Positions 43,800 through 53,647 of a stretch of DNA of 64,000 nucleotides are shown here, piece by piece. Under the pieces are notes generated by a model. The model was not told where the DNA came from. It did not search any database and saw only the letters and a program-made list of their open reading frames with translations. The stretch comes from Candidatus Bathyarchaeota archaeon (GTDB lineage: Archaea; Thermoproteota; Bathyarchaeia; 40CM-2-53-6), in NCBI GenBank assembly GCA_963833125.1, contig CAWHWX010000018.1, positions 32,001 through 96,000 of the forward strand, read 5' to 3'. Made by a program: the position numbers and the translations under genes. The first letter of the stretch is position 1. The number at the start of each line of letters is the position of its first letter.

Positions 43800-44642
43800 T
43801 TGCGTTTCGGGGTTCTTGTTCCGAATTTTGGTAACTGTTGCGGTTCTCCTAGAGAGCTTGCTGAACTGGCTATCCAGGCGGAGAATTCTGGGTGGGATGG
43901 GTTCTTCATCTTCGACCACATGCTATACAGTAGTAATGAACAGGTTCCATTGGCGGATCCTTGGGTTGCTTTGGCAGCCATTGCAATGAATACAAAACGA
44001 ATCCGAATCGGACCATTAGTTACGCCACTTGCTCGCCGTCGGCCGTGGAAACTCGCACGGGAGACCGTCTCAATTGATCATCTGTCGAATGGGCGGCTAA
44101 CACTTGGTGTTGGCCTGGGCGATCCTGCCGAAGTGGACTTCGCTTCCTTTGGCGAGAGCGGCGAAGATCGGGTACGTGCTGAGAAACTTGATGAAGGGTT
44201 AGAGGTATTGGTTGGTTTATGGAATGGTGAACCGTTCAGTTATCTCGGGAGGCATTATGAGGTGCGAAATGCTCAGTTCCTTCCACCACCTCTTCAATCG
44301 CCTCGTATTCCTATTTGGGTTGCTGGTAGGTGGCCGAGAAAGGAACCATTCCTTCGCGCTGCCCGATGGGAAGGAGTGTTCCCGCTAGGGTTAGCGCGAG
44401 GCAGTAAGTTGAACCCAGACGAAATTCGAACTGTCCTCTCTTTCATCAAAAATCATAGAGCAGCTACATCCCCATACGATGTTGTTGCCACCTCAGGTGA
44501 CAATCATGATGCACACGATAACGAAATGCTATCCGCATACGCCGCCGCGGGCACTACGTGGTGGATGGAAGACATGCGCAAATTGCGCAACTCAAGGGAA
44601 GAGCTAGGAAGCCGAATCCGCAAGGGACCGCTTAGAATCTAG
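43800..44642 (+). CDS. LLM-class oxidoreductase
   Basis: Motifs GWDGFFIFDH, DPWVALAAIA, RRRPWKLARE and PRIPIWVAG. Confidence 0.9.
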   Translation: MRFGVLVPNFGNCCGSPRELAELAIQAENSGWDGFFIFDHMLYSSNEQVPLADPWVALAAIAMNTKRIRIGPLVTPLARRRPWKLARETVSIDHLSNGRLTLGVGLGDPAEVDFASFGESGEDRVRAEKLDEGLEVLVGLWNGEPFSYLGRHYEVRNAQFLPPPLQSPRIPIWVAGRWPRKEPFLRAARWEGVFPLGLARGSKLNPDEIRTVLSFIKNHRAATSPYDVVATSGDNHDAHDNEMLSAYAAAGTTWWMEDMRKLRNSREELGSRIRKGPLRI

Positions 44643-44777
44643 AATCATTGACAATCGAGTTAACAGAACCAGAAAACTATGCCCCCCAGGGTCACAGGTA
44701 GAAAGAGACTCACCTTGGAAGTTCTCACATAACGATTGAAATCAGGTGCGGGTAACCGTAACCTTAACCACACAACT

Positions 44778-45812
44778 CTACCGCGTTCGCTTCCTCTTCA
44801 CACCCATTGTCATAGCCAGAACAGCCATCTTCGTGAACATCCCATTCTCCGCCTGCGGGTAGATCACCGAATGGGGGCCATCCATAACCTCGTCCGTAGC
44901 CTCCTCTCCCCTAAGCACAGGTAATACGTGAGTGACGATGGCTTTCTTATCCATCTTATCAACCAGCCTCTGATTCAGGGTCCAATCCCTAAACCTCTCG
45001 TGCAATTCAGCCTCACGCTCCTTCCCAAACTTGCTAGCCCCAACCCTCAGTAGCTCATTCGAAGCCCAGTTTCTCGGAAAGATACCGTGCGCTCCTTCCA
45101 CGGCCGAGTTTAGATCGTTGGTAATTTGGAATTCTCCGCCTGAGGCTTGGGCGTTCGACTTCGCCTGTTCAACAATCTTTGGGTCAATCTCAAATCCGGG
45201 TGGATATGCGAGAACAACATCCATTCCGAATCTCGGCATGAGCAAAGCTTCCTCCTGTATGCTGCACCGGCCTCGGAAGCTTTTCGCGTAAGCCCACATA
45301 ATCACATACTTCTTCCTCCTAACCTTCCCAAGTCCTTCCTGAACGGTCATCAAATCTGCCAGACCCTGTGTTGGGTGGTATGTGCAGCAGGCCATGTTTA
45401 TGACTGGAATCTTCGCATGTTGTGCATATTCTCGTACTACCGATATCCCAGCTCCGTAAACGTAGTCGATGGCTGAGTCTAGAATTCGGACGCCGAGGCC
45501 GTGACCATACAAGTCATACATCTTAGCAACATCCTTCGCCGCTTCCCCCGATCCCAAACGTGTGGTGGAAACATCGATGTACTGCCCGTGGCCCCCAAGG
45601 TATGTCATTCCCGCCTCAAATGCAGCCCTCGTTCTCGTTGATGGTGCGTAGAATAGCATGAAGAAAGTCTTGTCCGCGAGTAAGTGCGGATGCTGGCCGC
45701 GATGATACTTCACCTTAAGGTCTCTTGCCAGCTTAAGCGTAGCCTCTAGTTCTTCAAGCGACCAATCTTGAGTAGTGATCAGATCTTTACCTGCTAAGTC
45801 GACTCTCGGCAC
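44778..45812 (-). CDS. Ornithine carbamoyltransferase-superfamily enzyme, YgeW/knotted-like, copy 1
   Basis: Motifs STRTRAAFE, HPTQGLAD, WAYAKS, RFGMDVVLAYPPGF, HVLPVLRG and QAEN. Confidence 0.8.
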   Translation of the reverse strand: MPRVDLAGKDLITTQDWSLEELEATLKLARDLKVKYHRGQHPHLLADKTFFMLFYAPSTRTRAAFEAGMTYLGGHGQYIDVSTTRLGSGEAAKDVAKMYDLYGHGLGVRILDSAIDYVYGAGISVVREYAQHAKIPVINMACCTYHPTQGLADLMTVQEGLGKVRRKKYVIMWAYAKSFRGRCSIQEEALLMPRFGMDVVLAYPPGFEIDPKIVEQAKSNAQASGGEFQITNDLNSAVEGAHGIFPRNWASNELLRVGASKFGKEREAELHERFRDWTLNQRLVDKMDKKAIVTHVLPVLRGEEATDEVMDGPHSVIYPQAENGMFTKMAVLAMTMGVKRKRTR

Positions 45813-45946
45813 CTATCTTTACCTCATTTTGAATTGCTGGAAGCTGTCTGGTAAATAGCCCGGTAAATAACTTCCTGAGCGGGAATTACCGTGAAAGTTG
45901 ATAAAGATATACTGGGGCATGGGATGGCCTTCGATGTGTTTCAAGT

Positions 45947-46900
45947 TTGACTGAGAAACTTATCGTGATTGCCCTTGGGGGAAACGCCCTGCTCAAACGA
46001 GGCCAGAAAGGCACCTTCGATGATCAATACCAAAATGTCAAAGGAACCGTGACCAAAGTCGCCGACCTAATCGAACGCGGGTACAAGATAGTAATGACGC
46101 ATGGCAACGGGCCACAGGTCGGGGCAACCCTACTCAGGCATGATGCGGCGAAGAACATAGTTCCGCCATTTCCACTGGATGCATGCGGCGCTGAAACGCA
46201 GGGATTCATAGGGTACATGATACAGCAAGCACTCAGAAATGAACTCAAGTCGCGTGGAATCGACAAGTTCGTCGTGACCTTGATCACTAGGGTTATCGTC
46301 GATAAACACGACTCAGCCTTCCAAAACCCAACGAAACCCATTGGGCCGTTCTACACGAAAGAAGAAGCAGACAAGGTGCGAGAACAGAAGCCCGAGATAG
46401 TTGTCAAGGAAGACGCTGGGCGAGGCTATAGACGTGTAGTGCCGTCGCCTGATCCCAAAATTATAGCCGAACGTACCGCGATAAGGGCCTTGATTGACGC
46501 CGGCTTCATAGTTGTTGCATGCGGAGGAGGCGGGATTCCCATAATCGAGGAGAACGGACACGCGGTTGGTGTTGAGGCTGTCATCGACAAAGACCTCGCA
46601 GGTCAAAGGCTAGCGACTCTTATCGGCGCCAACATGTTTGTCGTCTTAACGGATGTCGATGGTGCCTACGTCAACTATGGCAAACCCAATCAGGAAAGGA
46701 TAAAAGAAATTACCTCAGGAAAATTGAGGAATTATGCGAAGGAGGGGCAATTCAAAGAAGGAAGCATGGCGCCAAAGATCGAGGCTGCAATTCGGTTTGT
46801 TGAAAGCGGAGGGGAACGTGCAGTAATCGCAGCTCTCGGAGATTTGATCGAGGCTCTAGACGGTAAAGCGGGAACTCAGATAACCGTGCCAAAGGTTTAA
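45947..46900 (+). CDS. arcC: Carbamate kinase
   Basis: Motifs IALGGNAL, THGNGPQVG, PTKPIGPF, GYRRVVPSP, VEAVIDKD and GSMAPK. Confidence 0.96.
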   Translation: MTEKLIVIALGGNALLKRGQKGTFDDQYQNVKGTVTKVADLIERGYKIVMTHGNGPQVGATLLRHDAAKNIVPPFPLDACGAETQGFIGYMIQQALRNELKSRGIDKFVVTLITRVIVDKHDSAFQNPTKPIGPFYTKEEADKVREQKPEIVVKEDAGRGYRRVVPSPDPKIIAERTAIRALIDAGFIVVACGGGGIPIIEENGHAVGVEAVIDKDLAGQRLATLIGANMFVVLTDVDGAYVNYGKPNQERIKEITSGKLRNYAKEGQFKEGSMAPKIEAAIRFVESGGERAVIAALGDLIEALDGKAGTQITVPKV

Positions 46901-46938
46901 GTCGAAATCATAGAATCGGTGGGTTCGAGGCAGTAAGG

Positions 46939-48010
46939 GTGGTTTCATTCGTAGGGTTATGGAGTGGCAAAAGCTTCCTTGACACAAACGATTTCTCACA
47001 AGAGGAAGTCAAGAAGATTCTTGACGCTGGCCGACGAACTAAGAAAACTCTTCCGGGCACACAAGAAACATGCGTATCTCCCGGGGAAGACGCTTTTCAT
47101 GATGTTTTACAATCGTTCCCTCAGAACAAGAAACTCATTCGAGGCAGGTATGTATCAACTCGGCGGGCACGCTCACTTCCTCAGCCCACAAGATGTATAC
47201 ACACCCGCGTTGCCCGAGGACATGGTCGCTTACCAAACCGAAGCGATCTCTGACGTCGCCAGAGTGCTGAGCAGGTACGGTGACGGGATCGCAATTCGAA
47301 TCTACGGCGACGCTGCAAAGTGGATTATTGGCAGAGGTCACAAGGTCGTTCAGGAATTCGCTAAATACGCCACGATCCCTGTGCTAAACATGGAGGACGA
47401 CATGTACCATCCATTTCAAGCTCTAGCGGACGCACAGGCCATGAGGCAGGCAATTCCTAAACTCAAAGGAAAGAAACTGGTCGTATCCTACGCCTACTCG
47501 GGAGGCCTCAAACCTCTCGCTGTCCCTCAGAGCGAGGTGCTCATCGGAACACAGATGGGAATGGATGTCGTTCTTGCACATCCCCCAGGGTTCGAACTTG
47601 AAGACGTGGTAACTCAGGCTTGCAAAGCGAACGCCGATCGATACGGCGGCGGCTTCCACGTAGTGAACGATATGAAGGAGGCTTTCCAGGGGGCGGATGT
47701 TGTCTATCCCAAAGCCTGGTCTCCAAAGAACTACGTCCCACCCCACAACGCCACAGTGGACAAGAACGGTGCCACAAGCTACCAGGACAAATTCAAGGAC
47801 TGGATATGCACCCAAGAAATGATGGACCTCACGAAGAAGGGAAAGTACATGCACTGCGGCCCAGCAGACCGGGGGCAAGAAGTAACCGATGAGGTAATTG
47901 ATAACATGGATTATTCACTATACTTCGAAGAAGCCGAGAACCGTTTGCACGTCCAGAAAGCAGTCATGGCAATGGTGATGGGCGGGCGGCCGTCAAAACG
48001 GCGAAAATGA
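46939..48010 (+). CDS. Ornithine carbamoyltransferase-superfamily enzyme, YgeW/knotted-like, copy 2 (frameshift at ~47027)
   Basis: N-terminus SGKSFLDTNDFSQEEV, then SLRTRNSFE, HPFQALAD, YAYSGGLKPLAVPQS, HCGPADRG and EAENRLHVQKA. Confidence 0.82.
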
Positions 48011-48036
48011 GCACTTAACCTGAAACAGGGTTCTGC

Positions 48037-48528
48037 ATGGTTAAGCGTCAAGCAGAACCTCTCATACTGGCGAATTGGGGAAGACGCTTCATCGCTTGGA
48101 TGATAGATTACATAATCATCAACGTCATGCTCGCATACGTTGGACTTGAGGATTTAGAAACCAAACTCTTACCCCCGTTCCTCATGCCACGAATATTCGA
48201 TATGTCCATTTGGTCCCCGATATCGATACTCGTTTTCTTTCTGTACTGGACTTTCTCGGAATGGTACTTTGGCAGATCAATTGGGCAGTTGTTGCTGAAT
48301 CTACGCTTAACCAACCTTGAAGGGAAAAACGCAAGCCTACCAGCTTCAGCGATTCAGAGCATCGGAAAATCCCTGCTGCTCCCCTTAGATTGCCTAATTG
48401 GATGGGTATACAGGCCTTGCCGAAAAGCAAGACAGAGGTTCTTCAACAAACTCTCTAATACTATTGTCATATACCTCGGAAAACCCCAGCGCACAGTCAA
48501 CCAAGGCGATTACACTAAGGAAGCGTAG
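48037..48528 (+). CDS. RDD-family membrane protein
   Basis: Motifs LANWGRRFIAWMID and GRSIGQLLLNL. Confidence 0.8.
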   Translation: MVKRQAEPLILANWGRRFIAWMIDYIIINVMLAYVGLEDLETKLLPPFLMPRIFDMSIWSPISILVFFLYWTFSEWYFGRSIGQLLLNLRLTNLEGKNASLPASAIQSIGKSLLLPLDCLIGWVYRPCRKARQRFFNKLSNTIVIYLGKPQRTVNQGDYTKEA

Positions 48529-48624
48529 TTTCACAAAACCGCCGAAAAATCACGCCCGAATTTTGTTCGATAGATTAAAGGTTCAACTTATAATTCATCA
48601 GCCGAATTTGGAAGTCGAAGCAGC

Positions 48625-49572
48625 ATGGCAGAGTACGACATTATCGTGATTGGTTCAGGTCCTGCGGGTCTCACTGCCGCAATCTATGCTGGCCGCGCAT
48701 TGGTGAAGACCCTCGTCGTGGGGGGTCGGTTGACTGGCGGGCAGCTCATGCTAACAAGCGGCGTAGAGAACTATCCAGGGTTCTCAGAAGCGGTTCAAGG
48801 CCCTCTACTTATGCAAGAGATGCGAAAGCAGGCCGAGCGGTTTTGCATGCAGATTATGGACGACGACGTCGTATCAGTAGATTTTTCACGTAATCCATTC
48901 AAAGTCACAGTTGGCAGCGACGTTCACACCTCGAAAGTGGTCATCATAGCAACTGGGTCTTCCGCAAAATGGCTAGGTATACCCTCCGAAACAAAGTTAC
49001 GCGGCCGTGGAGTTTCAAGCTGCGCAACCTGTGATGGCTACTTCTTCCGGGGTAAGCGTGTAGTCGTAGTCGGTGGCGGGGACACGGCGACGGAAGAGGC
49101 GCTATTCTTGACGAAGTACGCGACTGAGGTCGTTCTTGTTCACAGACGAGGTGAGTTACGGGCTAGTAAGATAATGCAACGCAGAGTCCAGTCTAACGAG
49201 AAGATCAAACTTGTTTGGGACTCAGTGGTCGACGAGGTGCTTGGAGAGAAGAAGGTAGAGGGCGTGAAAGTAAGAAACCTCAAGACCGGAGAACATTCTA
49301 TTCTGGCATGTGATGGTGTATTCGTAGCGATTGGGTTCGAACCCAACACGAAAATATTTCAACCACAAATCAAAATGGACGAAAAAGGATACATTCTCAC
49401 TGAACACGGGACGAAGACGTCCGTCCATGGAGTGTTCGTTGCAGGAGACGTACACGATTACAAGTATCGCCAAGCCGTGACAGCTGCAGGCGAGGGATGC
49501 AAAGCCGCTATGGACACGGTCGCATACCTCGAAGAACAGAAAGAAGTCACAGTAGCTGCACGAGAAAAATAA
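48625..49572 (+). CDS. trxB: Thioredoxin-disulfide reductase
   Basis: Motifs GSGPAG, VENYPGF, CATCDG, VGGGDTA and YRQAVTAAG. Confidence 0.96.
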   Translation: MAEYDIIVIGSGPAGLTAAIYAGRALVKTLVVGGRLTGGQLMLTSGVENYPGFSEAVQGPLLMQEMRKQAERFCMQIMDDDVVSVDFSRNPFKVTVGSDVHTSKVVIIATGSSAKWLGIPSETKLRGRGVSSCATCDGYFFRGKRVVVVGGGDTATEEALFLTKYATEVVLVHRRGELRASKIMQRRVQSNEKIKLVWDSVVDEVLGEKKVEGVKVRNLKTGEHSILACDGVFVAIGFEPNTKIFQPQIKMDEKGYILTEHGTKTSVHGVFVAGDVHDYKYRQAVTAAGEGCKAAMDTVAYLEEQKEVTVAAREK

Positions 49573-49587
49573 CTCCGCCAGGAACCG

Positions 49588-50880
49588 GTGCGGTTTTCAA
49601 CCCGCTCCCCAGAGATAGCATGGGACTCCGCACTGAAACCACTAATTCGATGGTCGAACGGCGTAGCCATTCGATACGGCGAAACCACTTTACTCCTGGA
49701 TCCGCTAGACAGCGATCCCACAGTCTCCAACCTGTTCATTACCCACGCACATTACGACCATGCGAAAGGCTTCCAGTTCCCCCTCCAAAAGAAATACTCG
49801 ACGAAAGAAACAAACGAACTCTACGAAGCCGACACCGGCCGTAAGGCAGGTAATTGGGAACCAGTCCGGGTTGGCCGACGAGTGAGGTTAGGTGAGGTTG
49901 AAGTTGAAGCGCATGATGCGGGGCATGTGCTTGGGTCAGTTCAATATGAAATCATAACACCCGATGAAAATGTAGTTTATGCAAGCCACATCAATTTCAC
50001 CGACACTCTAGTCTCCAGAGCGGCCGAAGTAGCGCCGTGCGATACTCTAATTCTCGAAGCAACATTCCCCGCAGCCTCCCAAACCCTTCCGCCTCGTGAA
50101 TCAGTAGTTGCAGATATCGTCAAATGGGCTTTGGAGTGTGTTGGTGAGCGTAGGGTCCCAACGTTTGCGACGGACCCCATCGGGAACGCGCAGGAATTGG
50201 TTAGAGTTTTCAACACATGGACAGAGCTGCCCGTGATAGTTCACCCTCGAATCGCCCGAATCAACCAAGTTTATGCAAAGAATGGTGTTGGGTTGAAGTT
50301 CGTGGACGCGTCAACTGAAGAGGCGCAGTCTCTGGTGGGGGATGCGAGATGCGTGGTGATAATTCCGAAGCGGTTCGATGCTACTCGATACGGAGAATTC
50401 AGGATCGCTCATGTAACCGGCTGGCCAACCGCAGCTGAGAGGGCTGCAGGGAAAGTATTCACTTTAAGCGAACAAGCTGATCTAGACCAGTTGCTCCGGT
50501 TCGTGAAGGAGGCTCGACCGAAGACAGTTTTCACTTTCCGAGGAGGCAGCAAGCTGCTTGCGGAACTTGTCTCCAAGCGGTTCAGTATAGCGGGAAGGTC
50601 GCTCGCCGCTGATACACAACGCTCCAAGTTCCCGGCCCCAAAAATAGATGAGGAAAAGGTGGGGGCTTGCGAGGATTTCATCCTGAAACTCGTCGAGGTG
50701 CCAGACTTCACGTATGATAAAGCGGAGCTGGTTGCCCGAGTGTTGAATGAGGGCTTCAAACTGCAGGAAGTGGAAGAGGCTTTGAATCGAATAACGCGCA
50801 AAAGTCTGCTCCGTTACTCGGATGTAACTGGCGGGTACTCGTTGCCGAGCCAGCCGCCATATCGCCTAGGAAAAACCTAG
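49588..50880 (+). CDS. Metallo-beta-lactamase/beta-CASP nuclease-like protein with a C-terminal winged-helix-like extension
   Basis: Motifs ITHAHYDH, AGHVLGS, LILEATF and LSEQAD. Confidence 0.75.
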   Translation: MRFSTRSPEIAWDSALKPLIRWSNGVAIRYGETTLLLDPLDSDPTVSNLFITHAHYDHAKGFQFPLQKKYSTKETNELYEADTGRKAGNWEPVRVGRRVRLGEVEVEAHDAGHVLGSVQYEIITPDENVVYASHINFTDTLVSRAAEVAPCDTLILEATFPAASQTLPPRESVVADIVKWALECVGERRVPTFATDPIGNAQELVRVFNTWTELPVIVHPRIARINQVYAKNGVGLKFVDASTEEAQSLVGDARCVVIIPKRFDATRYGEFRIAHVTGWPTAAERAAGKVFTLSEQADLDQLLRFVKEARPKTVFTFRGGSKLLAELVSKRFSIAGRSLAADTQRSKFPAPKIDEEKVGACEDFILKLVEVPDFTYDKAELVARVLNEGFKLQEVEEALNRITRKSLLRYSDVTGGYSLPSQPPYRLGKT

Positions 50881-51165
50881 AGGCCTAGGCCTCTGAACAG
50901 GAATTTCTTTTGGCAGTAGGGGCAGGATGGGCTTTCGCGCGGTATAGTTTGGCTGCAATAACCACATCTGATGTATGCTGACGCAACTTGCAACTTTCAT
51001 CATCCATATGACGAAAGGAATTTTCTTTTTGATATTTAACCCCTATACTTGCAAACTTGCTCCCAAACATCAACCGCATTATTACAAGGTCCAAGCAACG
51101 TAAACTGGTTCGGTTGGAAAACCTGAAATCGTCTCCAGATTGTAAGCTATTCTTGTGTTCTAATA

Positions 51166-52483
51166 ATGACTGAGTTCAATTTCAAAGAAACTGCGTATAC
51201 TAAGCGGACTCCACTCTCCCGTGCGCTCTTCGCTCGTTCAAAGCGAGTTCAACCTGCAGGGGTCTCGTACCGCAACCGATACTTTGAACCATACCCGTTT
51301 TTCGTCAGAGAAGCTTGTGGAGCCAAACTCATCGATCTTGACGGGAACGAATACACCGACTACTGGTGCACACATTTCGCCATGATCCTTGGGCATGCTC
51401 ATCCGATCGTTATGCAAGCAATCAAGAATCAAGCGGAACTTGGGTGGCATTTCGGTCTTGAACACGAGCTAGAGGTGACACTCGCTGAAACGATAGGCAA
51501 GCACGTGCCGAGTGCGGAAATGGTCCGGTATACTAGCTCAGGTAGCGAAGCCAACTTATTCGCAGTTCGTTTGGCTAGGACATTCACGGGAAGGGATCGA
51601 ATCGCCAAGTTTGAGGGAGGATGGCACGGCGCAGTACGATCCACTTCATATTGCGATGATGCCACCGTTCGAGAAGCCTCTATCCGGTGGTATCCCAAGG
51701 GCTTCTCAAGCTGACACAGTCGTAGTTCCCTACAATGATCTTAACGGATTTCTGGAAGGGACCAAACGGGAGAGGCTGGCATGTGTCATCCTTGAACCCG
51801 TTCTCGGAGCAGGAGGAATGATTCCAGCGGACAAGGAGTTTCTCAAGGGGATAAGAGAATACTGCAACGATACGGGAGCCCTGCTGATTTTCGACGAAGT
51901 GATCACAGGGTTTAGGCTTGGTTTGAGCGGTGCGCAGGGTTATTTCAACGTCAAACCGGATGTTACAGTGATGGGAAAGATAATAGGCGGTGGTCTGCCC
52001 ATCGGCGCGGTCTGCGGATCACGCGAGATAATGGAAAGGATGGACCATACGAAATACTCGGGTTTGGAACTAGCTTACCATGGTGGTACATTCGCGGGCA
52101 ACGCGCTAACCCTATCTGCGGGACTCGCGACGATCGCTATACTGGAACACACACCCGTCTACGAACACATCGATAAGCTGGGCAAGAAGGCGAGGGAGTC
52201 GCTCAACAAAATCTTCCAAGCCAACGCCGTCTCAGCTCAAGTGACCGGAATCGGTTCACTCCTAAGCATTCACACCACCGCCAGAGGACCTATCAAAGAT
52301 GCAAAAGCTTACGCGGAGGCTGACCACGACAAATCAAGAAAATTGTTCGAACACTTGCTTGACGACGGAATATTGATGATTGTGCCGGAGAGGTTGCACG
52401 GCGCAATTAGTTATGCGCATACCGATTCGGACGTTGAGCGCCTAATAACATCCGTCGCGCAATTCTTTACGACTAACTCATAG
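51166..52483 (+). CDS. Glutamate-1-semialdehyde aminomutase-like class III aminotransferase (frameshift at ~51632)
   Basis: Motifs SGSEAN, KFEGGWHG, FDEVITGFR, GKIIGGGLP and GTFAGN. Confidence 0.85.
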
Positions 52484-52497
52484 GCCCGCGCTGAATG

Positions 52498-53538
52498 TCA
52501 GAATGTCTTGAGCATAACTGATCGTTCTTCTCCCGAGAGTTCAAGCCTTGGTGTGATTGGTGGTAGGTCGAGCATTGTTCTCAATCCAGGTTCCAGTTTC
52601 TTCAGGCGTGGCAGCGAATTAACTATGATCGCGGGTGTTGCACTGTCCCCTTGAACTCCACCGCGAATCGTCATATCCACGGGCGGTATGCCGTCGATGA
52701 GAACTGAGTCGTGTGGGTTTGGTGCGCCCAAATACATGCGTAGGTCGAGCACTACTAATTCTTGGCCTGCTAGAATTCCTTTGGCGACTTGCCGGACTCC
52801 TGCGACTGCACCTGCCTGAACTTTAATGAAGTCGCTCTGCACGTCCCTCTCAGCAATTACTGGGGTAATTCTTTCTTGAATCTCGCCCACCTTCCAACCC
52901 ATCGCCAAGGAGACTAGACCTACTGATTCGGGTAAGCCGACGTGCTTGATCGATCCTGCCGCAACTTTCTTCTCGAAATCGGTTGGGGGCATTCCTGCTC
53001 CAATCTTTTTCTGGAGCGGCAGCCTCCGCAGTGACGCGTCCACCACCCTCTCTGCTCGAATAGAGTTTACCTTCTGGCAGACGCCGCTCAACGCTACGGC
53101 TAAGGTATCTAAGAGAAAGCCTGGATTCACACCGGTTCCGAGCACTACGACGTTTCTTTTTCTTGCCCGTTCATCCAGCTCCTTCGCCAGGTCGGGGTGT
53201 TTGGCAAATGGGTAAGTGAGTTCTTCAGCGGTTGACACAACGCTTGCTCCATGGTCAATGATCTCGACCAATTGAGGATGAATTGTCTTCATGTACGAGG
53301 AAGTCGCGTGCGTGACAACCTCGGGCTGTGCACTTTTCAAGATGCTTGATGCTTTATCGGTCACGAGGATGCCTGTGTTTCGAGGCTTCTGAAGTAGCTG
53401 GCCTACATCCTTCCCAACTTTAGCTCGGTCAATGTCCACCGCGCCCACAACCTGTACCCAAGGTCTTGTCAAAAGCACTTCAACTATTCCTAGACCTATC
53501 GGTCCCAACCCGTATTGGACCACCTTGATTTTTTCCAC
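52498..53538 (-). CDS. 2,4-diaminopentanoate dehydrogenase (Ord)/DapB-like NAD(P)-dependent oxidoreductase
   Basis: Motifs QYGLGPIG, STAEEL, GTGVNPGF, HVGLPES and GDSAT. Confidence 0.78.
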   Translation of the reverse strand: MEKIKVVQYGLGPIGLGIVEVLLTRPWVQVVGAVDIDRAKVGKDVGQLLQKPRNTGILVTDKASSILKSAQPEVVTHATSSYMKTIHPQLVEIIDHGASVVSTAEELTYPFAKHPDLAKELDERARKRNVVVLGTGVNPGFLLDTLAVALSGVCQKVNSIRAERVVDASLRRLPLQKKIGAGMPPTDFEKKVAAGSIKHVGLPESVGLVSLAMGWKVGEIQERITPVIAERDVQSDFIKVQAGAVAGVRQVAKGILAGQELVVLDLRMYLGAPNPHDSVLIDGIPPVDMTIRGGVQGDSATPAIIVNSLPRLKKLEPGLRTMLDLPPITPRLELSGEERSVMLKTF

Positions 53539-53647
53539 CCTTAATCTACCACCGTATTTTTTGGTGCGCTAGTGGGCTGTGCAGCTAAGTTAAAAGATAC
53601 TCAGTGGTTGCCGTGAATACAGTAAGCGCGAAACTTCTTTTACCACA

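Noticed and set aside
44778-48010. Arginine deiminase pathway with canonical argF/arcB
   Set aside because: No arcA is present in the window, and both transcarbamylases lack the SMG and HCLP ornithine motifs.
50879-50894. Perfect 16-bp palindrome AGAGGCCTAGGCCTCT at a gene end, and ORF 50885..51094
   Set aside because: It is a single occurrence with no adjacent U-tract, and the ORF has no recognisable features.
51166-52483. Assigning the gene symbol hemL
   Set aside because: The N-terminal motifs diverge from true HemL and no tetrapyrrole genes are nearby.
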